From assembly GCA_040396195.1 (NCBI GenBank), contig JBEBPB010000005.1:113904-177903 (forward strand): DNA of 64,000 nucleotides. Reading direction: 5' to 3'. The notes beneath the pieces were generated by a model. That model saw only the letters and a list, made by a program, of their open reading frames with translations, made no database searches and was not told the DNA's origin. How positions within the stretch are numbered: the first letter of the stretch is position 1; every line of letters starts with the position of its first letter. The stretch comes from Paenibacillus nanensis (GTDB lineage: Bacteria; Bacillota; Bacilli; Paenibacillales; Paenibacillaceae). Position numbers and translations under genes: made by a program. Shown piece after piece: positions 24,881 through 34,746 of this stretch.

Positions 24881-25929
24881 AGGAGAAAACAGGAAAAACC
24901 AGCTTTCACGCAGAAAGAAAGGGCTCAACAGAGTTCGGCGGAGAAGCTTATGATTGGCATATGGAAGAAGAACTGCATAATAGCCGCTGGACAGCTGAAC
25001 GGGCAAAAGCTTTTATCGAGCAGCAAGCTGCCAAGGAAGAAGAACCATTCTTCCTAAGTATTGGTTTTCAAGATCCTCATCATCCGCATGCTTTACCAAT
25101 AGAAAGGGCAGAGGGGGGGAAGGCGGGGCAAATGTCGCCGCCTGCTTATGAAGAAGGGGAACTGAATGACAAGCCGCCTCACTTTGAGGCTGTCCACAGC
25201 GGTAAATGGACAAAGGACCACCCGTTGCATGGGGAGTTTCCAATGGCGGGTCAATCCTCGCACGGCTATGATTACAGAACAGTCGACCCCGACGAAGCAC
25301 AGCTCGGAAAAGCGTATTACTATGCAATGGTGGAAATGATCGATGAAGCGATAGGCAGCATTATGGAAGCTTTGCAACAAGCCTCATTGGAGCAAAATAC
25401 AATAATTTTTTTTACGTCAGATCATGGAGAACTGCTCGGCGATCACGGCATCTGGCTGAAGGGGCCCTTCCACTATGAGCCGCTTATTAATGTGCCTTTG
25501 CTTTGTTACGGACCGGGTTATTTTTCAGCATTAAAGCAAGATGCCGTTGTAAGTTTGGTAGATATTGTACCAACTATATTGGAGCTATGCGGATTACCCA
25601 TGCCTGCGGAGTTGGATGGAGTTTCATTAAAAGGATTATTGCAAGGCAGATCATCTGAAGCCAGACAAGTTGCTTTAGTGGAATATGTAGATGATCCTGA
25701 AGGTTTACGTTTAAAAACAGTTGTTTCTACGCGCTATAAGTATACCGTTTACTATGGTGAATATGGCAAGCAGACTGGTGAACTATACGATTTGTTGTTA
25801 GACCCGGCTGAGAAAACAAATGTTTGGGGAAAAGAAGAATATATGAGTGTGCAGCAAAATATGCAATGGCAGCTCTTGCAAGAGCTCGAGAAGTTAGAGT
25901 CAAGAGCGGAACGAAAAGTATATGCTTGA
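24865..25929 (+). pseudogene. Sulfatase, 5'-truncated (C-terminal portion)
   Basis: YGLWL..., FFLSIGFQDPHHP, YYAMVEMIDEAIG, FTSDHGELLGDHG.WLKG, ELYDL..DP.E. There is no CxPxR/SxPxR FGly motif, and homology extends upstream of the first start codon. Confidence 0.8.
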
Positions 25930-25953
25930 AAAACAAGCCGAGCCGTTTTTTTA

Positions 25954-26990
25954 CTAGCTGCCTAGCTGCCAAATGGATTGCATATGATGCAGTTTTTTGC
26001 CAAGTGCCTCCATAAAAAAGTAGTCGCCAAATATCGTATATACTCCTTGCCCATTTTGTTGCTTCAACACTCCTGGAGTATGCAAATTATAATCGGTATA
26101 TCGAGTCGCAAGCGTATGCAAAATACGATTTTCAGCTTGCTCAATGATCGGATTGCTTTCGTATTTCAAAATTTCATGAAAAGCACAGGCAGCTATGGCG
26201 GCAGCAGAAGTGCCTACGTTCAAATGTGTATTTCCGGGATCGGTAAAATCCCAGTTGATCCAGCTTTTATTGCCGCAAGCAGCGGCTGGTTGGTTGGAGG
26301 GCAGCTTGAAATCCCACAGAGGAATACCATCTTCCTCACAGTACTGAATAAAGGTAAGGGATAGACTAAGCGCAGCATCCAAATATCGTCGATATCCCGT
26401 ATAGGCATAAGCAACGGTAAAGCCGTAAATCGCCCAAGCCGTCCCTCTTGCCCAGTGAGAATCGGGGGAGTAACCGCAATAATTGTCTTCTCCAAGCGGT
26501 TTTCCGGTATGTTCGTCAAACCGGTAGGCATGGCAGACTGAGTAATCATCTCTAATAAAAAAGCGCAAGGTTGTATCGGCATGAGCCTCGGCAATATTTC
26601 TATAAAAGGGATGTCCAGTTTGTTTACTCGCCCAAAATAATAACGGCAGATTCATCATACAGTCGATAATGGCAAGTCCTTTGCTCTCTGTGAAAAAATG
26701 GTTTTTCGCCAACTCGGGAGCAACATAGTCAGGAATTTGGTTGTCCATTCTTCCCCAGGCACGAATATAGCTTCCCTTTGGAACGAAACGCTTCGCCAGC
26801 TCATCGGCAGCCTTGATTGCCATTATCTTCAATTGCTCATCATTCACAAGATGGTGTAGGGCTACAACATAAGGCGTATACAAAAAGCCTAAATCGTGCA
26901 TCGTTTCCATAGGGGTGCTAAATACTTTTTCTTTGTATTGATCAGGAAAGCTATAAAGCCAACGAAGCCATTTGGGATCTATAGTAAGGA
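25954..26990 (-). pseudogene. Glycoside hydrolase family 88 (unsaturated glucuronyl hydrolase), apparently 5'-truncated
   Basis: HDLGFLY, IRAWG, IIDCMMNLPLLFWAS, WARGTAW and IFGDYFFMEAL are present. The N-terminal W..GFW.G segment is absent and the first ~40 codons look non-coding. Confidence 0.7.
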
Positions 26991-27207
26991 AAAAAAGTAA
27001 TGAACATGAAGCATCTCTCGATTTTCTGCACATAATCATGAAGTAATCTATACACACATGTAAAAGCAACAATGGAGTGGTAGAAGCACTAGCGACGATC
27101 GCATATTGCAACCAAGATATTTAAGACAGTTTATCGACAGCCTCCATACGGTTGCTAAGACGCCAGTCGCTAGGTCGCTAAAAGGCAACCAGGAGAGGAG
27201 AGTTGGG

Positions 27208-28032
27208 ATGAAGAGCAGCTTTAACATGGATACACTCGTTCCTTCTTTTGAACATATTGTTCAGCGACGTTGCAGCCCAAATTACATCGTCCCGCCGTCT
27301 GTAAGAGATTTTCATAATTTTATGTTTATATTTTCAGGAGAAGGATTTTGTGTGCACGGCAACCAGACAGAAGCGATTAAGGGGCCTATGCTTATTTACA
27401 ATCCGCCAGGTACAAGGTTTGGATACTATGCAGGCAGGCATGCAACAATGCATATTGTAGGCATTAATGTGTATTTGGCGAATGTAAGATATAAGAATAA
27501 AGGCTGGATATTGGACAAGGCGGATCAATTGGAACTGGCGCATAAGATGAAAATTGAGGAAACTGAAAGATTGCTTAAGCTGTTGGAGAAGCTTGTACAA
27601 TGCTGGTCATTATCAAAAAATATGACAAGTTTACATTGCCGGAGCTGGTTTATGGCGCTATTGGCAGAGCTGCCGAGATTGACTGGCAACAGTAGATCTG
27701 CTTTGACAGAAGCAGCAATCAGACCAGCCCTGCAATACGTGCATAAGTTTTATAAAGAGAAAATTACGCTGGAAACACTAAGCAAGGAAGCGGGGCTAGC
27801 GCCAAGCTACTTTGGTATGTTATTTAAAGAAATAACAGGATATTCTCCGATAGTCTATATACATCGCTATCGAATTGAGGCGGCCAAGGAGTTGATCGAC
27901 GCCGGTTTTTCGGTAAGTGAAGTTTCACATAGCGTAGGCTTTCAAGATTCATTTTACTTTAGCAGAGTGTTTAAAAAAGTGACAGGAGTTTCTCCCAAAA
28001 AATACGTAACAGATATGTTAATACCTGATTAG
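27208..28032 (+). CDS. AraC family transcriptional regulator
   Basis: N-terminal cupin-like region plus C-terminal double HTH (LAPSYFGMLFK...VGFQDSFYFSRVFKKVTGVSP). ATG at 27208 after SD AGGAG. Confidence 0.93.
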   Translation: MKSSFNMDTLVPSFEHIVQRRCSPNYIVPPSVRDFHNFMFIFSGEGFCVHGNQTEAIKGPMLIYNPPGTRFGYYAGRHATMHIVGINVYLANVRYKNKGWILDKADQLELAHKMKIEETERLLKLLEKLVQCWSLSKNMTSLHCRSWFMALLAELPRLTGNSRSALTEAAIRPALQYVHKFYKEKITLETLSKEAGLAPSYFGMLFKEITGYSPIVYIHRYRIEAAKELIDAGFSVSEVSHSVGFQDSFYFSRVFKKVTGVSPKKYVTDMLIPD

Positions 28033-28046
28033 ACCTCGCCAGGACA

Positions 28047-28089
28047 GCGAATGGTTATTCCTTTAGGGTAAATAATCATTCGCATTTTT
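28047..28089 (+). terminator. Terminator
   Basis: GCGAATGGTTATT...AATAATCATTCGC plus Ts. Confidence 0.75.
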
Positions 28090-28193
28090 ATATTTGCTGG
28101 GGGTAAGCAGTTCGCGTAATTAGAGTTGGATTTTTTCGTGGAATCCGGTAAAATAATACATATTGTATAATAATCCACTGAAGGGGCTGTTCT

Positions 28194-28697
28194 GTGAGAA
28201 TGATCATTGCTGCTTCTCTTTTAAGTTTCATTTGTATACTGACCGTTTTGTCAATTGTAATTTTTCACTTTAAAAAACAGCGGAATCGAATGATATTTTC
28301 GGGAATTCAAGAAATCGATCATATGGACAGTCATCATTTTGCTTATTTTGTAATTCATTTGTTTCATGGGTTCGGTTATTCGGTTAAGCATTTTTTGCAA
28401 CAGGACCCTTCCTGTTTGGATATTGTGTTCAGCAAAAATAATGAGCAGATGCTCGTTCAGGCGAGTAATCAGAAGAAATTTTTCGCAGCCGATGCAATAA
28501 ATCGCTTGGCAGAGGAAATGTCACGCAGTAAAGCAACGACAGCCTGGCTAATTACTACCTATGATTTTACACCTGAAATCTATGAGAAAGCGCTAGCAAA
28601 TAAAGTTGAGCTGATCAATCGTGATAGATTGATAGATATGGTCATCACCTTGAAAAAAAATCAGCAAATGCTGTCCATGCTCGGAGTCGGAAAATGA
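28194..28697 (+). CDS. Membrane-anchored Mrr-like (PD-(D/E)xK) restriction endonuclease-fold protein, degenerate active site
   Basis: N-terminal TM, then SGIQEIDHMD..F....LF...GY...D.......VQ...AWLIT..DFT...A..N.VELINRDRLI, which follows the Mrr_cat pattern. Confidence 0.7.
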   Translation: MRMIIAASLLSFICILTVLSIVIFHFKKQRNRMIFSGIQEIDHMDSHHFAYFVIHLFHGFGYSVKHFLQQDPSCLDIVFSKNNEQMLVQASNQKKFFAADAINRLAEEMSRSKATTAWLITTYDFTPEIYEKALANKVELINRDRLIDMVITLKKNQQMLSMLGVGK

Positions 28698-29069
28698 GAG
28701 CAATACTAGTTGGACCATGAGGAATGGAAGTTTGAGGAAGAGAATAAACCAAATACTTACAGTAATTCAAGTCCGCCAGAACAGCAGCAAAGGCTGCATA
28801 GAGCGGGCTATTTTTGAATTTTGAAAATAGCAACTATTTTGACGGATGCTGCGTATAAAAAACATATATAGATTGAAAACTGTTATCATAATATAGCAGA
28901 TTGCGTAATACATATAACATAGAGTAGAGAAGAAAGCGAACTGGTTACAAGATGAAAGATAGAAAAAGTGAAATTTAATGTCCATAGTGACATATTCCCT
29001 AATTAAAGTTCAAATGTTTCAAAAATGTTTCAAAACGATGCGGTATAATTAATGGAGCTATAAAATGAG

Positions 29070-30224
29070 GTGAGTATTCAAATGATTTGGCTGGTTTATG
29101 TTACAGTGGCAGTAATTGCAGTTGCATGCGGCTGGTTTTATTTTGTTCGTTCTGTAACGAAGCATTTCGGGCGCCGAACTAAAGAGGCGAAAATGAATAC
29201 GAGATGGTACAGCACTTTATACGAGAACCATGAGGATGCGATCATTTCGGTCGATCATAATTTTAGAATTATTAGAGTGAATCAATCAGCCGGACGATTG
29301 CTTGGCATCGATCTGGAGCCATATGAAGGACGTCCCGTGGAGGCGATTGTTGCTGCAGTGCATAAGGATGATCAGGAAATGTTGCGTGATTATTTTATGC
29401 GGGCGTATTGTGGAGAAGCAGCTTCGTTTGAGACTAAAGCAGTTCATGAAGACAAGAGAATTCGTGATCTTCACATTTATTGCATGCCGTTCAAAATCGA
29501 TGAACAAACAACCGGCAGCCATTTTGTATTAAGGGATATTACAGAAGAAAATGAATATATCGATCAAATGAAGCAGCTTGCTTTTATCGATGAGTTGACA
29601 GGGCTTTCGAATCGGCGCAGATTTTATGAAGTGTTGGAACAAGCCATATCACAAAGCCGCCATGAAGAACGTCCGTTTGCCGTTTTGCTGATGGATTTGG
29701 ATGGCTTCAAAACGATTAATGATTCAGTTGGTCATTTTGCAGGCGACCGTTGTTTGCAGCAGGTTAGCAAAATGCTCAGCGATGCAGCAAAGCCGTATGG
29801 CGCAGAGCTTGCAAGGCTCGGTGGCGATGAGTTTGTTGCTGTGCTGAAGGATGAGGATATTTGGACAACGTCAGCAACGTTTGCCAAGCGCATACTTTCT
29901 TTGCTTGAGGCTCCGATGATTGAAAAAGGCGAGCAGTATCATATTTCGATTAGTATTGGGATAGCTATATATCCAGAGCACAAGCTGGATGTGGCAGAAT
30001 TGCTGAAAGCAGCAGATGAAGCTATGTACGATGTGAAAAGCAGCGGGAAAAATAACTTTAAGTTTTATAAAGAACGCAATACTGCTGATGTGAAAAAAGA
30101 TGTTTATATTGCTCAAAACAGAGCAAGTAAAGAAATGGCGGCGGCTAAACAGCAGTACGGCAATGGAGTATTTGCTATTAGCGATCTCGAAAGATTATTA
30201 AATGATGATTCCGCCGGAAAGTAG
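29070..30224 (+). CDS. Diguanylate cyclase (TM-PAS-GGDEF)
   Basis: DELTGLSNRR, DLDGFKTIND..GH..GD, RLGGDEF, SIGIA..P and ADEAMY..K..GKN. Confidence 0.92.
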   Translation: MSIQMIWLVYVTVAVIAVACGWFYFVRSVTKHFGRRTKEAKMNTRWYSTLYENHEDAIISVDHNFRIIRVNQSAGRLLGIDLEPYEGRPVEAIVAAVHKDDQEMLRDYFMRAYCGEAASFETKAVHEDKRIRDLHIYCMPFKIDEQTTGSHFVLRDITEENEYIDQMKQLAFIDELTGLSNRRRFYEVLEQAISQSRHEERPFAVLLMDLDGFKTINDSVGHFAGDRCLQQVSKMLSDAAKPYGAELARLGGDEFVAVLKDEDIWTTSATFAKRILSLLEAPMIEKGEQYHISISIGIAIYPEHKLDVAELLKAADEAMYDVKSSGKNNFKFYKERNTADVKKDVYIAQNRASKEMAAAKQQYGNGVFAISDLERLLNDDSAGK

Positions 30225-30243
30225 TATAAATTAGTTGAAACGA

Positions 30244-30285
30244 AAGCCCCTGCCTTGCAACTGTATGCTGCAAAGCAAGGGCCTT
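30244..30285. terminator. Hairpin/terminator between convergent genes
   Basis: AAGCCCCTGCCTTGCA...TGCAAAGCAAGGGCCTT. Confidence 0.55.
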
Positions 30286-30289
30286 ATAT

Positions 30290-31582
30290 TTAGTCTTTCA
30301 TTTTCTCATGATCATTGGAAAGCTTCAATACATCGAATAGCTTAAACAATAGACCGAATACGATAGCTACTATTGTAGCAAGTGACATACCTTTAAGCGC
30401 AAGTTCTCCGATAACAATTTCAACACCGCTTAGTCCGGTAATCAGTACGATTGTCGTTAAAAACAGATTTGTTGGCTTGCCGTAATCGACTTTGGATTCA
30501 ATTAGCATACGCAAGCCTGATGCTGCAATAACACCGAATAGGAGCAAGGATACTCCGCCCATCACTTCTTCAGGAATTTCTGAAATGAGTGCGGAAATTT
30601 TTCCTGAGAATGATAGTATAATTGCGAAAATTGCTGCGCCGCCGATAACAAATGTAGAGTACACTCTTGTAATAGCAAGTACGCCGATGTTCTCACCATA
30701 GGTTGTGTTCGGCGTTGATCCGGTAAAACCGGAAATAATTGTGGAAATACCGTTACCAAGCAAAGAGCGATGCAGCCCGGGATCTTTTTGTAAATCCTTT
30801 TCAACAATATTGCTTGTCACAATCAAATGCCCGACATGTTCTACAATAACGACGAGCGCTGCAGGTGCGATAGCGATGATTGCTGTCCAGTGAAACTCAG
30901 GGAACGTAAAGGTCGGCGATGCAAAAAAACTGGCATCGTGGAACCTGTCAAATTTCGCCATCCCCATAATATTAGCTAATACATAGCCGAATATAATTCC
31001 GAATAAAATCGGAATGATACGCATAAATCCGCGGAAAAGCACAGAACCAAGCACTGTTACAAGTAAGGTTGCCGTAGACAAAATAATTTTGTCTGTATTG
31101 TAAGTCCAGTCTAAAGCTCCGTTAGAAATCCATCCCGACTTTTCAGCTGCTACCGGAATCAGTTCCAAACCGATTATAGCGACAATAGCACCCATTGCTG
31201 CGGGAGGGAAAACAACATCAATCCATTTTGTCCCTGCCCTTTGCACAATAAAAGCAACGATAACGAAGATAACCCCGACAACAATAAATCCGCCAAGTGC
31301 GGCAGCATAGCTGTTATCCCCGTATACCTTACTAGCAACAACAACGCCAGCCGGTGTTAGAAAGGCAAAGCTGGAACCGAGATATGCCGGAATTTTACCT
31401 TTACAGATAAAAATATAAAGCAAGGTTCCGATACCGTTCATCAACAAGCAAATTGCCGGATCAATACCGAGAATATTTGGTACCAAAACTGTAGAGCCGA
31501 ACATGGCGAACAGATGCTGCAAGCTAAGCATTGCACTTTGGCCAAGCGGCGGCCTTTCATGAACCCCGATAGATTTTCTCAT
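30290..31582 (-). CDS. uraA: Uracil permease (NCS2 family)
   Basis: SLQHLFAMFGSTVLVP, IPAYLGSSFAF, EHVGH and PNTTYGENIGV. ATG at 31582 with SD. Confidence 0.92.
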   Translation of the reverse strand: MRKSIGVHERPPLGQSAMLSLQHLFAMFGSTVLVPNILGIDPAICLLMNGIGTLLYIFICKGKIPAYLGSSFAFLTPAGVVVASKVYGDNSYAAALGGFIVVGVIFVIVAFIVQRAGTKWIDVVFPPAAMGAIVAIIGLELIPVAAEKSGWISNGALDWTYNTDKIILSTATLLVTVLGSVLFRGFMRIIPILFGIIFGYVLANIMGMAKFDRFHDASFFASPTFTFPEFHWTAIIAIAPAALVVIVEHVGHLIVTSNIVEKDLQKDPGLHRSLLGNGISTIISGFTGSTPNTTYGENIGVLAITRVYSTFVIGGAAIFAIILSFSGKISALISEIPEEVMGGVSLLLFGVIAASGLRMLIESKVDYGKPTNLFLTTIVLITGLSGVEIVIGELALKGMSLATIVAIVFGLLFKLFDVLKLSNDHEKMKD

Positions 31583-31824
31583 TCGAACCCTTCCTTCTAC
31601 AATTATCAACATGTTATAACCTTTGTTGATTCTACCGAGTCTTCTAATGTTTGGCAAGCAGAAAATTGTCACACTGCAGCGAAAGATGGACGAAAGTGGG
31701 ACAAGCGTTATAACATACGCAGAAAAATAAAGAGGGATCTACGATTGATTTTTAAAAAAATGTTACTAAAATAAATATGATGCGTAAATAAAGAATAGAT
31801 ATAGACAGCGAGAGGAGAGATGGT

Positions 31825-32910
31825 ATGAACTTTACAAATCAAGAAGGTCAATCTGCTTCCCAAACCAATAACAATATGAAGAAGCCTGAAATCAAGCCGG
31901 CTACGATTAAAAAACTGACATGGCTTGCTATCATTGCAGTTCTTGTTATTTATTTGGGATCAACATCTTTTTATACGGTGCAAGAGCAGGAGAAAGCTGC
32001 CGTATTAACGTTTGGAGCTTACGATCATGAAAAAGGAGCAGGGCTGCATTTCAAATGGCCGTATCCGATTCAGGAAGTCGTGCTGGTTCCTGCGGAGCTG
32101 ACACAGCACATTATGCTTGGATACCATGAGGATAGTAAAGGGAATATGGATACGATTGACGAGGAAGCCATGATGATAACAGGAGATGAAAATATTGTGC
32201 TCGCGGATGCTGTTATTACATGGAAGATCTCCAATATTGAAAAGTATTTGTACAATATAGATGAGCCGGAGCTGTTTCTGCGCAATGCTGCAAGTGCCTC
32301 AGTACGCTCTGTCATAGGAGCGCAAAAGCTGGATTATGCGATTACGGATGGGAAAACCGTTATTCAGGAAGAGGTGCGTCAACGACTTGTTGAGCTGCAA
32401 GAGAAATATAATACCGGTATACAAATTATCGATATCAAGTTTCAGGATATTGAGCCGCCAGGCGGCGAGGTTGAGGCAGCATTCCGTGATGTAACTAATG
32501 CGAGGGAGGAAAAGAATACAAAAATCAACAATGCTACACGCTATGAGAATGAGCGCATACCTAAAGCACGCGGTGAAGCGCAGGCGCTAATTGAAAATGC
32601 TGAAGCCGATAAAAAATCTCGTATTTTGAATGCGCAGGGTGATGTAGCCAAGTTTAATGCAATCTATACGGAATATGCAAAAAATAAAGATGTTACACAA
32701 AGTCGATTGGTCATTGAAACTTTAGAGAAAATATTGCCGAATGCTCAAATCTTTATTACAAATTCCGGTTCGGAAACAGTAAATTATCTTCCGCTTAATG
32801 AGTTGCTTCGCGAGCGCGGCAAGAATCCGACATCCCAGCCGTCAACCCAGGGAAATTCAACAAATCCATCCCCTCAATCTCAACAGGAAGCTAATGGAGG
32901 TGGACAATAA
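31825..32910 (+). CDS. hflK: FtsH protease modulator HflK
   Basis: SPFH domain, GLHFKWPYPI, MITGDENIV, ARGEA. Confidence 0.92.
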   Translation: MNFTNQEGQSASQTNNNMKKPEIKPATIKKLTWLAIIAVLVIYLGSTSFYTVQEQEKAAVLTFGAYDHEKGAGLHFKWPYPIQEVVLVPAELTQHIMLGYHEDSKGNMDTIDEEAMMITGDENIVLADAVITWKISNIEKYLYNIDEPELFLRNAASASVRSVIGAQKLDYAITDGKTVIQEEVRQRLVELQEKYNTGIQIIDIKFQDIEPPGGEVEAAFRDVTNAREEKNTKINNATRYENERIPKARGEAQALIENAEADKKSRILNAQGDVAKFNAIYTEYAKNKDVTQSRLVIETLEKILPNAQIFITNSGSETVNYLPLNELLRERGKNPTSQPSTQGNSTNPSPQSQQEANGGGQ

Positions 32911-33776
32911 TGAATAAAAAACTATTTGGAATAATAGCGCTGGTTGTCGTACTAATTATTGTTGGTGCCGGATCATTATATATCGTTAAGGAAGGCGAGT
33001 ACAAAGTGGTGCTTCGTTTTGGAGAAGCAAAGCGGGTAGAAGCAAAACCTGGGCTTAAATTTAAAATACCATTTGTGGAAAACTTGATGACTCTTCCCAA
33101 GTACCAAATGACTTACGAAAGTGTGCCGACTCAAATTTTAACGAAGGACAAAAAAATGCTGTTTGTGGATAACTATACTGTTTGGAGAATCGATAGACCC
33201 GAAAAGTTTATAAAAAAATTGAAAACGATAAGCGGGGGCAAAAAACGGATCGATGAAGCAGTATACAACTCGGTGCGACGCAAATTGTCAGAAGTGAATT
33301 ATGATAATATCATTAGCGAGAATACAGAGCGCGGAAATATTAATGAAGAAATTACAAACGATGTTATTGCGGCTTTAACACGTGATGACTATGGCATAAA
33401 TGTTATTGATGTGCGTATCAAACGGACGGATCTTCCTGAAGGCAATAAGCAGAGCGTGTACAATCGGATGATATCAGATCGTCAATCGATGGCGGCACGC
33501 TACTTGTCAGAAGGTGATGAGGAATCCCGTAAAATTACATCAAAAGCAGATCGTACCGTGAAGGAATTAATTGCAGAAGCTGAGTCAAGCGCGAAAAAAA
33601 TAATTGCGGAAGGCGAAGCGGAAGCGGCTAAAATTTATAATGAAGCTTATGGCAAGGACCCGGCATTCTATAATTTATATCGTACCCTTGAGAGCTATAT
33701 TGTCACAATGAAAAATGAACCAGTCATTATGCTGCCAATCGAATCGCCATATGCCAAAATATTGTTAGGTGAATAG
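32910..33776 (+). CDS. hflC: FtsH protease modulator HflC
   Basis: SPFH domain, PGLKFKIPFV, DVRIKRTDLP and YGKDPAFYNLYRTLESY. Coupled to hflK (TAATG overlap). Confidence 0.92.
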   Translation: MNKKLFGIIALVVVLIIVGAGSLYIVKEGEYKVVLRFGEAKRVEAKPGLKFKIPFVENLMTLPKYQMTYESVPTQILTKDKKMLFVDNYTVWRIDRPEKFIKKLKTISGGKKRIDEAVYNSVRRKLSEVNYDNIISENTERGNINEEITNDVIAALTRDDYGINVIDVRIKRTDLPEGNKQSVYNRMISDRQSMAARYLSEGDEESRKITSKADRTVKELIAEAESSAKKIIAEGEAEAAKIYNEAYGKDPAFYNLYRTLESYIVTMKNEPVIMLPIESPYAKILLGE

Positions 33777-33877
33777 ATACAGCACAGCAAATACACACCA
33801 ATACCATAAACACCAGCGTGTTAAATGGAGTAACACTGAACAATAAAATTGAACAATAGGCACAGAAAATAAATGAT

Positions 33878-33911
33878 AAAGCTTGCTCATTTTTGATGGG
33901 CGAGCTTTTTT
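33878..33911 (+). terminator. hflKC terminator
   Basis: AAAGCTTGCTCAT...ATGGGCGAGCTTTT. Confidence 0.7.
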
Positions 33912-34227
33912 ATATGATGAATCGTATAAAAGCGGTACACAAGCGTGAGTTTCGGGGCGGTTTATACAAAAATCGTATATGTTGACCAATTCTCTCTGGG
34001 TGGTATCTATTGTCCCCCCGTAGTGTCATTCATACGTTGTTCCTCGTAAAATTCCATCCAAAGCTCTCCCAAGTGCCTCTCAAAGTCGCAGCAGCAACCT
34101 GTATAACAAAAATGCATACAAGCAAGTATACAAACAATACGAGGCTGTCGGAAGTCAGTTTTCACTAACCACCTATGACAGCCTCTTTCAGAAATCAACA
34201 GTTGCGCTCTTGCCAAGCGCGTATCTA

Positions 34228-34455
34228 TTAGTATAAGGAAATAGTTAAGGTATCACGTTCAGAAAAGGAGTGTAGTGTAGCTTCACTACCGATGATTTCG
34301 ACGCTGATTAATGAAGCGATACAAGTTTTCAAAGCATTTTTGCCCGTTTGTATTTTTCTGTGAAGTATGGTTACGAGCTTGTCCAGTGCTTGCTTATTAG
34401 TATCTGTTAAGTATACGGGTATAGTCTTGTCTTGGAATTGCATGACGGTTCTCAT
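34228..34455 (-). CDS. Small hypothetical protein
   Basis: SD GGAGGT plus ATG; 75-aa protein-like ORF. Confidence 0.75.
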   Translation of the reverse strand: MRTVMQFQDKTIPVYLTDTNKQALDKLVTILHRKIQTGKNALKTCIASLISVEIIGSEATLHSFSERDTLTISLY

Positions 34456-34746
34456 CGTTATACCTCCATCCAAATTTAATTTTTGTCTAGTTCTCTATAC
34501 GAGTTCAAATCTTCTTGTAAGTATAATAAAACATAAATATTAAATAATTCTTAAAAATGAATAATAAGAAAGTTACAAAGTTGTGACTATTCAGTATATT
34601 TGAATTTTATCCGCAAAAACTACAAATGACAAAATAGCATAAGAAAATGCTAACTGCGGAGCTGTTATTAAGTAGAATGGAATCTTATAATAGCAGTGAT
34701 AAACAAATATGAATCAGCGTTCATTTACAAAAAGGAGTTGTATAAC

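Noticed and set aside
23730-30290. A second att site (tRNA-Leu 3' duplicate) closing the accessory region
   Set aside because: No repeat of the tRNA-Leu 3' end or anticodon core was found by eye, so the right boundary of the element is undefined.
31583-31824. PyrR attenuator upstream of the uracil permease
   Set aside because: No ARUCCNGNGAGGYU loop or terminator was found on the minus strand, so none is annotated.
33765-34216. Two Cys/Trp-rich minus-strand ORFs (74 and 69 aa)
   Set aside because: No SD; one spans the hflKC terminator; the composition is explained by an A/C-rich opposite strand.
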